Positions 25,138 through 39,250 are shown, counted from the stretch's first letter. The stretch: DNA of 64,000 bases from Squalus acanthias (GCA_030390025.1 CM059431.1:120406001-120470000); one strand, 5' to 3'. Translations and numbers: made by a program. Notes: generated by a model from the letters alone, not told the origin.

Positions 25138-27314
25138 TAAACGGCCACATTTAATCATTGATTTTTTCATAAAATGGAGTTGTTTCTACAACCCTTAACA
25201 TCATCCTAATGTCCTACATAGGTACAGGTTCTGAATAAACGCATGACATGTCTGCTTACAAACTGGATTTTTACAACCAAGCTTGCAAGACAATGCTCCA
25301 ACAGGATGCTTGAGCAAACTTGCAGAAAAGGGGAAAAAAACAGAGAGGCAGTAGCAAATAATTTCAACAGTTCCTAAAATTCATTCACCTTATTAAAAGC
25401 ATGCAAAACACAGCAGTTCTCATTTCTACCAACCAAACAGCTCACGTGCAGCCTGAGTCCGGTTTAGACCCAAAAACAAATGAGGATCCGGGGTTTAAGT
25501 AAGATTTGTGTTATAATCCCATTTGAACAAAACATTAGAAAATGTAATAATTCGGCTGCTTGTCCAAATTTATGACAGCTACTTCTTGTCAGGTGGATTA
25601 GACATCCTAATTACTGAAAGTATGTGCACATTTTTCAGAACTCTAAAGACATGTGTGCGATGGATGCTGCTGGTGTAAGCTGGAGGAGAGATTAAGAGAT
25701 ATAGCCTGGAATTTCCAATTGGCATTATTTTAAGGCTGGTGGCACTGCCAGCACTTAAATAAGACTGATTAGAAAATGCAGGTTATATTCTTATCGGAAC
25801 CAATTACTTACTTCCTTTAGCTCCACAATTTTCCAGCTACCTCTGCCCCCACAAAAATAAAATGGTGGGCTTGCCAAAGAATATACAGAATTTGCTTATC
25901 CATGGTACAGTTTGGGGGAAATGGGGAATTTTCGTTGCGTATTATATGAAATGAAACCATAAACCCATTTATAAAGAACAGATTACCTATAGCGTATGCT
26001 AGAAACCTTCCCCAGGATGAGCAAACATGGACTTCTGACGATATATGTCTGTATACTATGTGTGTCTTACCAGATGATTAAAGGATGACTGTCTTCACAA
26101 AAAGAAGTGAGATTTCTATCTGTATGTCAAAATGATAACATAAATGAAATTGAACTGCATTACAAAAATTTTATCACATTGCTATGTCTGATAACGTGTA
26201 TACTTTCATTGTACAATATTGACTTCTCTGGGGTTCCATATTCTTATCTATTTTAGCCATACGTTGCAGTTATTTGACAATTATCATCTGCTGACAAAAG
26301 ATAGTGTGGGGCCAATTTCCATCTCTGTACCGTCCCATTTTTCAGCATGAACGGGGAAGTAGCAGGACAAAATATCAGAAAGAAAATTGCCACTTTATCT
26401 AGCCCAAGGCCCATCGATTGCAGATCAAGCAAATCAATCTGGCCTCCCGCTGATGTCATCAGGTACCGGCATCAAACAAGGACTACAGTCTGGCCTACAG
26501 TCTGGCTCCAAATCTTTGATACAATTACACTGAGACAGATGATGCTACTAAAGATACATACATTTTCTCACTGCTCCTACAACAATCAAGGTAAAACTCA
26601 TCATGGGAAACTGTCTCACTTTTTAGAAAGAGAGTTTATGATTAAACTACAATTATAGTCCATATTGACCCAGATTGTTCTATTAAAAGTTGACTATATT
26701 TAATGCACAGGTAGACTAAAATGCTCACACCTTTCACTACAAAGACTACGGCCAGGATTTTGTCAATGGATGCGGGATGGGAGCGGGTCAGGTGGTTTCC
26801 GGCTTCCAGTCACATCCCCAACTGCATCCGGCCCACGGATGTGATTTTACGTTGATTGACCTTGTTAAGCCCGCCCTGAGGGCTTGCCGGTCAATTAAGA
26901 GGAAGCCGGTCAGATGATGTCATTTGATGACGCGTCATCTGCCGGTTTTCTTAAAGGGACCACACACAATTTTTTTTGATAACTCATTTCTCAGTGTTTG
27001 ACAGCATTGAGGTGCTGCAAACACTGACAATCACAGTACAAAGGTGATCTCTTGCACCCAGGCTCTCCAGTGACTCCCTCCATTGGCTGGAACAGATGGC
27101 AGCTGCAGGTGAGGTGACAGGAGCGATCTGTCACTAGTGAGAGAGGTTCTCCCAATGAGATGGCACTAGACATCGTTTTCAAAACTTGTTAGCTAAAGAA
27201 TTGTGTAAATGCATTAAAAATGATTTTCCCAACATTTTCTTACCTCTGAGACTTACCAGTGCACCATTGGATCCTTCACACCACTTCTGCAGCTGTCATC
27301 AATGCAGAAACATT

Positions 27315-28049
27315 GGTCCAGAAATTTGACTCGGAGGCTTGCCGCGGGGGTAAGGATCGCACGCGATATCACACACCGCGCCGGCCGTTGTGTTTTGGGC
27401 CCACAGGAACTTCGGGTCCTGGGCCTCTCCCTAGTGCCAGCGCGCAGTGTGTGCGTGTCCCAGGGGCGCAGTTAGTGCGATGCGACCTCTGGGATCACGT
27501 GGGCCATGGAGAGCCAATGGCAGCAGACCATCTTTCATTCATAGATTTGAAAGAGACCCCAAAAGAACAGCTCAACCTCAAATAATTTTTTTAAAAAACC
27601 ATCACATTAATAAAATAACTATAGTTAAATAAATTAACCACTTTAAACAAAAATTTAAATTTTTGAAAAAATAAAAAAAAAATTAAAAGTTATGAAAATA
27701 AACTTACCTTTCTTTAAAGTCTCTAAAAAAGATAAACCCGTTGAAAAAAATTAAAAATGATACTTAATTAACTACTTACCTTGTTCAAAAGGGGTCTTAC
27801 GCCTCCTTTTTTCTTGTGTAAAATCTTCCACACTTACCCTCGCGTTGAAACCTGAAAAAAAACCTAAGTGTGCTGCGTGCGCACAGCCTGTAGTGTGCAC
27901 GCGGTTCACCTAGGAACCGCCCCCTTCGCCATACCGGAAGTGCCGGTTTCCTGCGCATGCGCAGTGCATGCAGGAAACCAGCACTTCGGGACTGAATACG
28001 GGTGAGTACGCAGCGGGTACTCTCCCGTATTCGGCTGAATTTTTGGGCC
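27315..28049. mobile_element. Nested Harbinger-type MITE (~735 bp) with GC-rich ends and an AT-rich centre
   Basis: TIR GGTCCAGAAATT / AATTTTTGGGCC; ATT on both flanks (27312-27314, 28050-28052). Confidence 0.78.
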
Positions 28050-28139
28050 ATTACAGCAGACTCACAACACGCCACACTTACCTGGCGTGGTGTCCAGATG
28101 TCAGGAAGCTCGAGGCAGAAGCGGCAAAATTAAAAAAGA

Positions 28140-28646
28140 TGATAGCAAAATACTGCGGATGCTGGAACTCCGATATAACAACAGAAAATGCTAGAAAAAC
28201 TCAGCAGGCCAGGCAGCATCCGTGGAGAGAGAAACAGAGTTAACGTTTCAGGTCGAAGACCTTTCGTCAGAACTGGAAAAAAGCAGGAAATGAAATAGAT
28301 TTAAAGCAAGTATAATGCTGGGAAAAGGGGGAGGGGATGAAAGAACAAAAGGGAAGGTCAGTGGTAGGATAGAAAGCAGGAGAGATTAAGAGACATTGAG
28401 AGACATTAAGAGATATACAAGGCAAGAGGAGGTGGTAATGTGACAGGTTGAGGAATAAAGGATGGCTCTAGATGAAGTGTGAATTGCGCTGGCAGAATGA
28501 AGGACAGCTGCCAGCTTCTGGGAGGGAAGAAAAATAGGCCAAACAAAAGGGTGGATAAAAAAATAAAATAAAAATATGTATATATGTGATGGGGGCCGGG
28601 GTTATGATCTGAAATTGTTGAACTCTATGTTGAGTCCAGAGGGCTC
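28140..28646 (-). mobile_element. Penelope-like element 3' fragment (family A): ORF end, 3' UTR, pLTR with hammerhead (28238-28274) and tail
   Basis: PSGLNIEFNNFRS* on the - strand; collinear with ~9925-10381; 12-bp TSD AATT(A/G)AAAAAGA at 28128-28139 and 28647-28658. Confidence 0.9.
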
Positions 28647-30343
28647 AATTGAAAAAGAGCCTGTCAACTACTCTCAACTACCTGTTAACAGGCAGGTAAG
28701 TGACTTTAATCCTCTTCCCGCCGCTTGGTGTTGGGCCATGCACAAATCGGGGACCCGACACTTGGGAAAATTGTTTGGAGGCGGGTTGATGGCGGGATCA
28801 GACCCCGCCATCAATCAAAACAATTTTAACCTTTGACCCGCCTCCAAACCCGCCCTCTCAGTGCCGATAAAATCGTGGCCTACTACTCGAACTAAACTAA
28901 GAATTAAGACTGAAGACAGAGAACTGAACTTTAGTGTCAAAATACCGTCTTATATATCCTTAAGTTCCAAAGGAACCTCCTGAGTGACACATGTTAGAAA
29001 AGATCAGCCCTTCACGCTGCCTTGTTTCTACACTTGATGCCTTCCAAATCACCTAGACATACCAAGTCACTCAAGTTGTAAATGTCTGTCAGTTCCTTCT
29101 TCTTGATTGATTAAGTGTCTATTGTCATTTTCTGATTAAAACTTCAGCAACCATTCAGGGAAGTGCTGATGGCATTTGAGTTTTAATCAGGGCATTGATG
29201 AGCATTGCCACAGGAGACCTATTCGTTTCTTATATAAAAAAACACAATTAAACCAAGATAAATAATTTTAGAAACTGTTGTAGCTCACCCTTTAGAACAG
29301 GGGTGGAGCCTGGGGACTGGGGACTCGAGCAAAACCAATGAGTGAGCTGCACAATTACTCAGAAACATGAGCCCTGATACATAGAAATTTTTTAAAAAAT
29401 CCATATACAAAAATTCTAACACACCATTATACCACTAACACCTGGTATTATTGTTTAAGTGTTACTGAGATGATTATAATCTTAGCATAAGAGGATTTCA
29501 AAGCGATTCTGCAAAATTCAAAATTATACTCATATGGACTGCAAACATAAACATGCATCAGCACCATCTTAAAATTGCCATTGCACGAATTTTATAAACA
29601 GAATCTGCAGCATGTTATTTTCTTTCCAATTCTTGCCTTTTTCCATTGTGTTTTATTATTTACTTCTCTTCTTTACATTTGCATCTTCCTTTCTTTCAGG
29701 TTGAATTTATGTTTCAAAGATTTCCTCTTCTATTCCATCATTTTATTTACATCTGTTTTCTTTTTGATTCCCTAGTTTGAAATTTTTTTTCATCTTTTAT
29801 TTTTTTCTCATTTGCTTTTTGGTTACGTTTCTTTTACACTTTCAGAAGTTGCAGGTCTGACGATGTGATTTTGCTGGTGATTACTGTCACTCATTTTATC
29901 CAGGGCACCATTAGTTTTCATTTCAAATCACATCCTTTAAAAGCAGCAGTTACTTCAGTCACTATTTATTACCTTTTAAAATGGAATTATACATAAGAAT
30001 GTCTTTTAACAAACTCCAATCATATGGCGCAGTATAACTGTCAAGTTTGCTCACTTCACATATTTTGTACTCTTGGCTGTCATCCTGAATCTGTTTCACC
30101 GATCAGTAAAAGTGGTTGTAATGATTCTGGCAGTTGCTCAGAGAATCTCCAACAAGCTTCACATCTTATAAAATTAATGGATAGTTACCGTGGTGACAAT
30201 CTTTTTTTTAAGTGCACTGACCACTATTACCACAAACTGTATTCAAGACTGACAGCATCACCACATAGCTCCCACAATGTCAACATATATGGGAACATCT
30301 TAGCCATACCAGAGGCTTGATTTTGAAGCAGTATATTGAGTGT

Positions 30344-30460
30344 AACATAGAAACATAGAAACATAGAATCTAGGAGCAGGAGTAGGCCATTTGGCCCGTC
30401 GAGCCTGCTCCACCATTCAATACGATCATGGCTGATCATTCAAATCCAGTACCCTGTCCC
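30344..30460 (-). mobile_element. CR1 3'-end fragment
   Basis: (AACATAGA)n followed by GGAGCAGGAGTAGGCCAT..TGGCTGATC. Confidence 0.88.
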
Positions 30461-30524
30461 TGTGTAATAGTAGTACCAAATATATATTGGGCTAAAGTCT
30501 ACCCATCTAAAATTAAGGGTATAA

Positions 30525-31253
30525 TTAGTCTCCCTTGTCAAAGTCTCAGGCTGAAACAGACTGTTTGCAACCTCGGCGTCCTATTTGACCTGGAGCTGAC
30601 ACCATTAACTCTTCTATCACGAAGGTCACCTACTTTCACCTCCGTAAGACTGCCTGTCTACTCCCCTGCTTCAGCTTATCTGCTGCTGAAACCCTCATCC
30701 ATGCTTTTGTTACCTCCAGACTCGACTATTCCAACGCTCTCCTGGTCGTCCTCCCATTTTCCACCCTCCATCAACTTGAGCTCATCCAAAGCTCTGCTGA
30801 CCATATCCCAACCAAATCCCACTCACTCTCTGATCTACATTGGCTCCCAGTCCACCAAAGCCTTGAATTTAAACTTCTCATCCTCATGCTCAAATTCCTC
30901 CATGGCCGCACCCCTCCCGATCTCTGTAACCTCCTCCAGTCCTACAACACTCCAAGACCTCTGTGCTCCTCCAACTCTGGCCTCTTACCCACCCACACTC
31001 CCTTCGCCCCACCATTGGCAGCTGCGCCTTCAGCTGTTGAGGTCATAAGCTCTAGAAATCCTTCCTTAAACCTCTCTGTTGCCCTCGCCTCCTTTAAGAC
31101 TCCTTAAAACCTACTGCTTTAACCAAGCTTTTTGTCACCCATTCTAATATCTCCTTCTTTTGCTCGGTGTCAAAGTTTTGTCTGCTCATGCTCCTGTGAA
31201 GCGCCTTGGGACATTTTCCTACCTTAAGGGCATGATATAAAAGTTGTTGTTTT
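30525..31253 (+). mobile_element. L2 LINE 3' fragment
   Basis: LRLKQTVCNLGVLFD, LIHAFVTSRLDYSNAL, LHWLPV; 3' end CTGTGAAGCGCCTTGGGAC..GTTGTTGTT. Confidence 0.88.
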
Positions 31254-31427
31254 TGAAGCAATTAAGTCTGCTGGACCAATATTCAGTCTCTCTCTCTTCC
31301 CTGAATACACAAAATTTGCCCAATTTGATCACTGCCCTCATGTTCAACTGTCTCATTTAGGAATGTGAACATATATGTTCATGTAGTACATTTGCAAATA
31401 AAATGCAAAAGATTACTGACAAAATTA

Positions 31428-31500
31428 TTCCTACATTACAACAGTGACTACACATAGAAGAAAATGTCGTGAAAGGCACTACATCACTGCAAGTTCTTGC
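31428..31500 (+). mobile_element. 3' fragment of a DeuSINE-like SINE (same family as 55612-55752)
   Basis: TTCCTACATTACAACAGTGACTACAC..GTGAAAGGCACTA..TGCAAGT. Confidence 0.6.
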
Positions 31501-31709
31501 TCTCTTAAACCAATATTAGCACTTCAACTTGCAAGCTAATGGCGTGCACACCAAAATATGACAGCTCCTGACATTGTTGGGACAGACGCATGAAGTGGAG
31601 ACTTAGTACATTCCCACAAGATGCAAAAACTCACATTTTGGCATCTGCTAAAAGATTTTAAAAACTCCTTCTGGACCATCTCAGCAGATCTATGCACCAT
31701 CATGGAGTC

Positions 31710-34228
31710 TATGAACATAAGAACATAAGAAATAGGAGCAGTGTAAGTGGTTTTCTCGGGCGCACTGAAAACACACCTCTTACTACAAGTTCTGGACGAT
31801 AGGGATTATAAGGACAGATCAGACTCGGCCACCCGTTTGAGCTCAACCGTATTGTGTTTAATAGGATTAACAATAAAACTCGTAACAGTACAAAACAATA
31901 TAACCCTGGCTTGTCTAACAAGCCATACAGTGCCAAATTACCACGGTCTAATGAAAGATCCCTTCCATGAAATAAACTAACACAGGACCCCAGCACTAAA
32001 CCCCTCTAAGGTTTGGTTGGGACTTACAATCACCCCCTCACACAGCTACGTGGTCTTGTGGATGTGTAGGTGCAGGCAATATGCTCACCCCGATTGCCCG
32101 TTGTCTTGCTTGCAGCTTCTTCCTGTACGTCTCGCTCCTGGTTCCGTACCACTGACGCAGTATCCAAGTTCCAGTTTGAGTCGAGGTCCGTTGATGAGGG
32201 ATGAAGAGCAGCGCTCAGCTTCCGGCGGTGTTCCGTCGAGCCGAGCCCCACTCGGGAGACTCACTGTAGACTGATGCCGAGGAGAAGAGAAGAGCGAGAG
32301 CAACCCTCGGACGGCTCCTGATATACCCAAAACCCATCGCCTTTTCCTCCTGCCAATACTGATCGATGTATTGACTCAAGTGATCTGTCTGGACCCCCCT
32401 GTGGCCTGGAGTGACTCATGACCTTTGAAATCTTTGTGAAAAATGATATTCCGTTTCCCCGCTCCCAGGCCTGGCACCTGGAGAGACAATGAGTGCTGAT
32501 TACTGGATGTCTGTCGTTTCCTGAGTTGATGGCCCCCATTAGCAGGTAATGGGTTTCAGTCTCAAACCAAACTTGCTTAACTGGCTTATCTCCTGGAAGA
32601 CAATGGCCTGGCCATCTCCTGCCTTCCACCAGTTTCGATTGGGACTGTGCTTTATTGATAGTGTCTCTGAGTTACCTCTTGGGGTAGTGTTCCCAGTGAT
32701 CATGTTAGATGGTGATGACGTCAATGTGAGATGGCCATTTGCATATAAATGCACCTTAGTCAGGTTAGCCTGGATCCTATTCCCTAAGCCACTCCCACAA
32801 GCTTGTCCAAAAGTACAGTTCTTTTCTTCGGGTTTTGGATATAAAATATGACTCATAAAAAATGGCCAGAAAGCTGGTGCTACAGCAGGAGTAGGCCATA
32901 CAGACCCTCGAGCCTGTTCCATCATTCAATAAGATCATGGCTGATCTTCTACCTTAACTCCAATTCACTCCCTATCCCCATATCCCTTGATTCCCTTAGT
33001 GTCCAAAAATCTATCAATTTAAATCTTGAATATACTCAACGACTGAGAGACCACTGCCCTCTGGGGTACAGAATTCCAAAGATTCACAACCTTCTGGGTG
33101 AAGAAATGTCTCCTCATCTCAGTCTAAAATGGCCGACCCCTTACCCTGAGACTATGGTCCCTAGTTCTAGACTCTCCAACCAGGGAAACAGCCTCTCAGC
33201 ATCAACCCTGTCAAGCCCTCTAAGAATTTTATGTTTCAATGAGATAATCTCTCATTCTTCTAAACTCCAGAGAATATCTACTCAATCTCTTCTCAGAGGA
33301 CAGCCCTCTCATCCCAGGAATCAACCTTTGTTGCACCCCCTCTAAGGCAAGTATATCCATCCTTAGGTAAGGAGACCAAAACTGTACACAGTACTCCAGG
33401 TGTGGTTTCACCAAAGCCCTATACAATTGCAGCAAGACTTCCTTACTCTTATACTCCAACACCCTTGCAATAAAGGCTATCATACCATTTGCCTTCCTAA
33501 TTGCTTGCTGTACCTGCATGTTAACTTTTGTGATTTGTGTACAAGGACACCCAAATCCCTCTGCATACCAACATTAACTAGCTCACCTTTTAAAACATAT
33601 TCTGCTTTTCTATTCTTCCTACCAAAGTGGATAATTTAACATTTTCCCACATTATAGTCAATCTGCCACCTTCTTGCCCACTCACTTAATTTGTCTATGT
33701 CCCTTTGCAGCCTCTTTGTGCTCTCCTCACAGCTTACTTTCCCACCTAGCTTTGTATCACCAGCAAACTTGGATACTCAGTCATATAAGCCATTGATCTA
33801 GATTGTGAATAGCTGAGGCCCAAGCACTGATCCTTGCGGTACCGCACTAGTTATAGCCTGCCAACCCGAAAATGACACATTTCTTCCAATTCTCTGTTTT
33901 CTCTCCGTTAACCAATCCTCAATCCAAGCTTAGATATTACCCACAATTCCATGAGCCCTAATCTTGTGTGGCACCTTATCGAATGCCTATTGAAAATCCA
34001 AATATACCACATCCGCTGGTTCCCCCTTACTACTCTGCTAGTTACACCCTCAAAAAACTAGATTTGTCAAACACGATTTCCCTTTCATAAAATCGCGTTG
34101 ACTCTGCCTAATCGTGTTATGATTTTCTAAGTACCCTGTTATCACGTCCCTAATAATAGATTCTAGCATTTCCCTAATAGTGATGTCAGGCTAACTGGCC
34201 TATAGTTCCCTGTTTTCTCTCGCCCTCC
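31710..34228 (-). mobile_element. CR1 LINE (RT region to 3' tail), interrupted near its 3' end by a solo LTR
   Basis: (AACATAAG)n tail at 31710-31735; QVQQAIRKANG..LYRALVKPHLEYCVQFWSP; GNYRPVSLTS near 34200. Confidence 0.92.
31742..32884 (-). mobile_element. Solo LTR, 1143 bp, with a 4-bp TSD
   Basis: TGTA...TACA termini; GCAG at 31738-31741 and 32885-32888, and removal restores the CR1 3' sequence GGAGCAGGAGTAGGCC. Orientation inferred from ATTAAA (~31860) and TATA-like (~32323) motifs on the - strand. Confidence 0.85.
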
Positions 34229-34823
34229 AAAACAAGAGCTCCCAAACACACTGGGTGCAGGAAAGATGCAGTTGAATGGATGCAACATCACTTATGATAG
34301 ATTGGTTGAAGCTGCTGTAATTGATTTGCTGTACATAATTCATTTGCAAGTCCTCACAAAGGAGACTGAAAACGGAGCTTTGCCAATTTGTCACCACTGA
34401 ATACAAAATGTTACTAATCAAAGCGTAAGCATTTTAAAAATAACTTACACACACAGAAATGCTGCAATGGGAAAATGCTGGAAGCCATTGACCTTGTGAA
34501 GAGAAAGCTTTGTGAAAAATCTGCCTCATAGATAGCATGTAAATATAAGTGACAAATGCTTCAAGCTAATTGAACTCCTGCTCACTCCTCTTAAATTCAA
34601 GGGGACTTCATAGCTTACTGTTAATGGCACTTAACCCACTAGTGAAAGAAGACACATTTTGTGACCAAATTCAAGCTGTAACAAGATGCACCAATTCTTT
34701 ATATTCTCAATGAATTAAGAAATACTTTATGATGCTGAATATTCCACCAATTTTACCTTACAATGTTTACATTAGTCATTTTAAAAATAAGTACAGAAAT
34801 GAATGTCTTATTGGAAAGAACAA

Positions 34824-37801
34824 GGGGGTTAAATTGGATAACCCCCGAAAATGGGCGCAGGAATCGTGATGCGCGATTAACCCGCCCCCATTGATTGAAA
34901 TGCAGACAGGACGCCAACTTTATGCTGCCGGCGCATTAACATGCGCTGTTGATTGGCTGCAGCATCAGCAGGGGGCCCAATATCATGAGTGCCTAGCACT
35001 ACTTAAAGCTAGCCTGCACTACTTAAAGCTAGACAGCACCTCTTAAAGAGGAGGAGCATTGTGGCTGCTGGAGGTGCTGAGATCATTGGGAATAGTCTGC
35101 TATGCAACCATCAACAATGGCTGACCATTTGAGAGCACGGGCACCAAGGTTCTTGGACGCTGCACTGGAGGTCTTGGTTGAAGAGGTGGAAGAAGGAGAG
35201 ATGTCCTGTACCCTCAGGTGGGCCTGAGACCCTCCAGACACATGCTCAGGTGGCAGTGGCAAGAGATAGCAGAGGAGGTCAATGCCAGGAATATAGCTCC
35301 AAGAACTTGGATGCAGTGCAGGAAGAAGTTTAATGATCTCACATGAGTGGTCAAGGTCAGTGAATGCATCTTCAAATGCCATATCCTACCAACTGCACCA
35401 CTAGCCTCATCCACTGCTCAATTTACCACACCCCCATCACTCACCTACCAACAATCTTTATCGATCAGGACACATACCTAACATTCATATGCTTCACCTC
35501 ACCCTCACACACTTAACACTGTTGAAAGCCTCAAACCCACATCTCACAGCTTGCACACACTGACAGCTATTCAACCATGCCAGCCACATCACCGAAACAG
35601 ATTGTATGACACCCAATGACACACTTCCCTCTCCCTTGCAGGAGAAGGTGGCACACAACCGATGGCAACAGGATCTACCTGGAGGGGAAGAGGTGCCCCT
35701 GCATGTTCTGAGCCCCATGGAGGTGATGGTGCTGGTCATTATGGGAAGGGCCATTGCTGAGGCTGTGGCCATCAGTAGGGCTTAAGTGATTAAAGATGAG
35801 GTTATCCGCATACCTAATCCTTCTTCTATCGTCCCACTTCCCCCTCATTCAACAATCTCTTCTGACTGAGAAGCTGCTGATGATGTAAGCTTGCATTTCT
35901 TACTTTCTCCTCTCCCCTCACCACATCTTGTCCCTTTTTCTTTTCAGATACCCAAGAACTGCAACCTATCCAGGCAGTGGAGGAAGACAGTGAAGATAAA
36001 GACACACTGTCACTCGATTTCACAGTTGCATCCAACAGCTCAGATACGGACACTGTGCATAATTTAGAGGATAGCAAAGAGGCGGGATCTGCACGTGGTG
36101 AGACAACGTATAGAGGTACGCTGCAGCCAGGGGGAGGGGAGAAGGGTAGCGTAGCTGCTAGCTTGCCGGACGGCGAAGTCGCACTCTAGTTCTGCTGTAG
36201 AGGACTCAGATGATGACTTCGATGGGCCAGGCTACAGAACAAGGCTGATGGGTGGACACACCCAAATTCTTGGTGTGCTGAAAAGCCTGCCAGGAAGCCT
36301 GCGTTCAATGTCAAGGAACATGGAGGAGTCCGGCACCACCTTGGCACAGGGCTTTGCGTAGACCTTTCCAATGTGGAATGGGTGGCTTCCTCCAGCAGCA
36401 CACATGTGGAACCCAGCATAATGCAGCGTCTGATGGCCAATGTCTCGTCTTCCATTGCAGCACAAGCAGCATCCACCCAACGTCTGAGATCTGCAGTGGA
36501 AGCTCAGCCTGCTGCCATCATGGTTCTGGAAACCTATGTTCAAAGAGGCTTCCAGGGTGTCACAGCACTTCAGCAATCTGCTCTCCAATGGATTACTAGG
36601 ATTGCTGAGGCCCCGCCCCGGGAAAGTGACTTTGGCTCCATGGAATATGAAGCTGCTGTCCTCTCTCAGGATGACAGCATTCATTCTCCCACCACTGCCA
36701 CTCCGCCAGTGCCCTTGCTGTTGCCTTTCAGCCAGCCAGCCCAGACTGCTGCAGTCCAGGCCGAGATGGTGCAGTCTGAAACCAGGCTACGAGGCCCAGA
36801 GCTGCTCGAGGTTGCCCTCCAAGGGCATCTGCAGTCTTCTCCACTGAATGTCAGCAGCCTTCCACTAGCCATGTTGTATCCACTGGGAAAGCACCTCATA
36901 GGAGCACTAGGACAGGCAAAGTGGCACTAAGAGAATGCACAAGTTTATTTTTGTGTGCACTATGGCACGATTTAATTTATAGATTTGGATTGGAATGGGT
37001 ATTTTGTGTTAGCTTTTATTATTGCATTTTGTTTAAGTGAACGATATGCTGGTCGTTGACAGAGGAAAGGTACGGAGTGTGGGACTGTTGGTGAATGGGG
37101 AATTGCGGTTGATGTTACTGGTACCGCTAATTAATTATTTGGTAACATAGATCCCAGGCAGAAAGGGGCTGTCTAGGTTGGAGCCTCCCTTCCTCTTCTT
37201 CCTCACCCGCCTCCTCCTCTTCCATCTCCACCTCCTCCCTCTTCTAGCAGCTTGTCCTGCTCTGCATGCCCTCCGCTCATTCTCCCAGTCATGCTAAATT
37301 CTAAGAGGAAGGTCTGCTAGTGCAGAAGCCTTTAAGTCAGCAAAAAAGTACTTCAGCACCCGCCACACCACCCTCTATACACTATTAAAACTGTAGATAC
37401 CTGTTCCTATTGCTCCTGCATGAAACTGTAGAAAGCCCCCGAAAAGGGTAGAATTGCAGCAACAGCCAGAAAAATAAACCAGCAACTAACCTGTAATTAG
37501 TTCATGTTCCCTTTAAATAGAGCTAGTGGGGGGCCATTCATGCCGTTTAACATCGTGTTTAGCTGTGCGAGGTTGAGAGGGCATAGGTTGGACCGTGAAG
37601 CTCCAAAATGGCAGTGCTGGATTGACGTCATGATCTGCCTGCTCTACATGCTGCTGGCGGACGTTAGGTGCACGCATGCAAACACCTTTAGGAAGATGGC
37701 GTCCGGCGAACTTCCCGTTGGAAGTGTGTGCACGCGCCGTGGACGCCAGTTTCAACACTTAAGGGGCCTCAAAATGTGCTACAGAGCCCAATTTTATCCT
37801 A
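34824..37801 (+). mobile_element. Harbinger deletion derivative (~2.98 kb) with Myb/SANT gene and only the acidic tail of the transposase
   Basis: Imperfect TIRs GGGGGTTAAATTGG / CCAATTTTATCCTA; CAA on both flanks. Confidence 0.8.
35117..36930 (+). pseudogene. Myb/SANT-like gene, exons ~35117-35355, 35642-35800 and 35948-36930, degenerate
   Basis: MADHLRARAPRFLDAALEVLVEEV..WQEIAEEVNARNIAPRTWMQCRKKFNDLT*VVK|GT; CAG|EKVAHNR; long exon 3 with frameshifts. Confidence 0.87.
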
Positions 37802-38089
37802 CAAATGTGCGGTTTGAAAGCCAAGAAATCTTAAAATTATCAAATGATGATGTGAAATCTGCAGCAGCAATAAATTTGCTACACAGCGTTGCTTCTGTCC
37901 TAGGTTTATAACGGTTGATTTTAACTCGGTTTGCCAGGTGCGAACTGGGTGGTACGGACATGAAACGGCAAATGGGACCAGTATTTAAAGGGGAACTCAC
38001 CTGCAAGCACTCAGATCATTTGTATCTATGTGCAGCTGAGTTGGTGGGATTTCTTCAGCAGTCTTTACATTGGAATTTGCTGTATTGCT

Positions 38090-39250
38090 CTGTTAATCTG
38101 CTTCTGCACCTTCAAGAAGCACAGGGCTCAAGATGGGAGTCATCCTGGACACTCGATTGTGGTTAAAGGAAGAGGAGCAATGGGAGCTGCAGGAGCAATA
38201 GGAACAACAGGGCAAGGACCTCAAGGAGCTCCAGTTGCAGCTGTCAGGACCACACAATAGCAGGGCTGCTCGCAGGCATCCTTATCCAGCCCATAGGGTC
38301 TATAGGTCCAAAGTGAGTTACCTCCAATTTTCTGAGGAATAGTGCATCAGGAGGCTGTGCTTGTCCAAAGGGGCTGTCACAGACCTGTGCATCCTTTACC
38401 TGCAACCCACTCTCCCAGTTGTCAATGCATTGCCTTTAGCAGTTAAAATGACTACAGCCCTTAATTTATTTTTGTCTTGGGCGACCAGGCTGCAGCCGGT
38501 GACATCAGTTGCATAAGTCAGTGTTCTGTTCATGCCTGCATCAACACTTATGTTCTTTTTGCCATGGCCAATGATTACATTGCATTCACCATGGGCATCA
38601 GCTGTCTGCCAGAAAGGGCTGAGGGCTTTGCTGCTACAGCAGGCGTCTCACAAGTTCACACTGTCATTGACTGCATGCACATAGCTATTAGGCCACCTCT
38701 CACTCATCCAGCAGCTTTCCTGAATACGAACGGCTACCACTCCATCAATGTTCAGCTGGTGTTGATCACCACCAGTGAATCATGTGCCCAGTTTTGTGGC
38801 ATGACACATGCATACTGCGCCAGTCCACCATGAACCTCTCCTACCCCCCACCCCCTACTCTTTGACCCGTCTTAGCACAACAGAGGCTGGCTGCTAGGGG
38901 ACAAGGGTTACCCTCTGCATATATGGTTCATGACACCTGTATGGAACCTGAGTTCTCCCCCAGGATGGAAATAAAACCAAAGCCATTAGACCACTAGAGC
39001 CATCATAGAGTATACTATGGCATTGCTCAAACAACACCTTTGTTGCTTAGACAGGTCTGAGGGTTCTCTGCAGTACAGCCTGCAGAGAGTCTCCTGTATT
39101 GTGGTTGTGCAACGGAGACAGCACATGGACGTGACGATCCTCAGTCTAATGACAAAGACCCGGATGACGGTGAGGAAGGAGCAGGTGGGCAGCAGCACCA
39201 GCCTACAGCCAGAGCAATTCGCGAGCAGTTAGTTGTCCAATGCTTCAGCT
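38090..39250 (+). pseudogene. HARBI1-type transposase, heavily degenerate, no adjacent Myb gene detected
   Basis: [65 protein letters not shown]. Confidence 0.88.

Larger units (their letters stand above)
26749..28880 (-). mobile_element. Non-autonomous Harbinger-type element (relative of 53669-54486 and 55762-56605, inverted) hosting two nested insertions
   Basis: TIR GGCCAGGATTTT / AAAATCGTGGCC; TAC on both flanks; shares TTGATTGACCTTGTTAAGCCCGC and CCTGTTAACAGGCAG blocks with the other copies. Confidence 0.8.
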
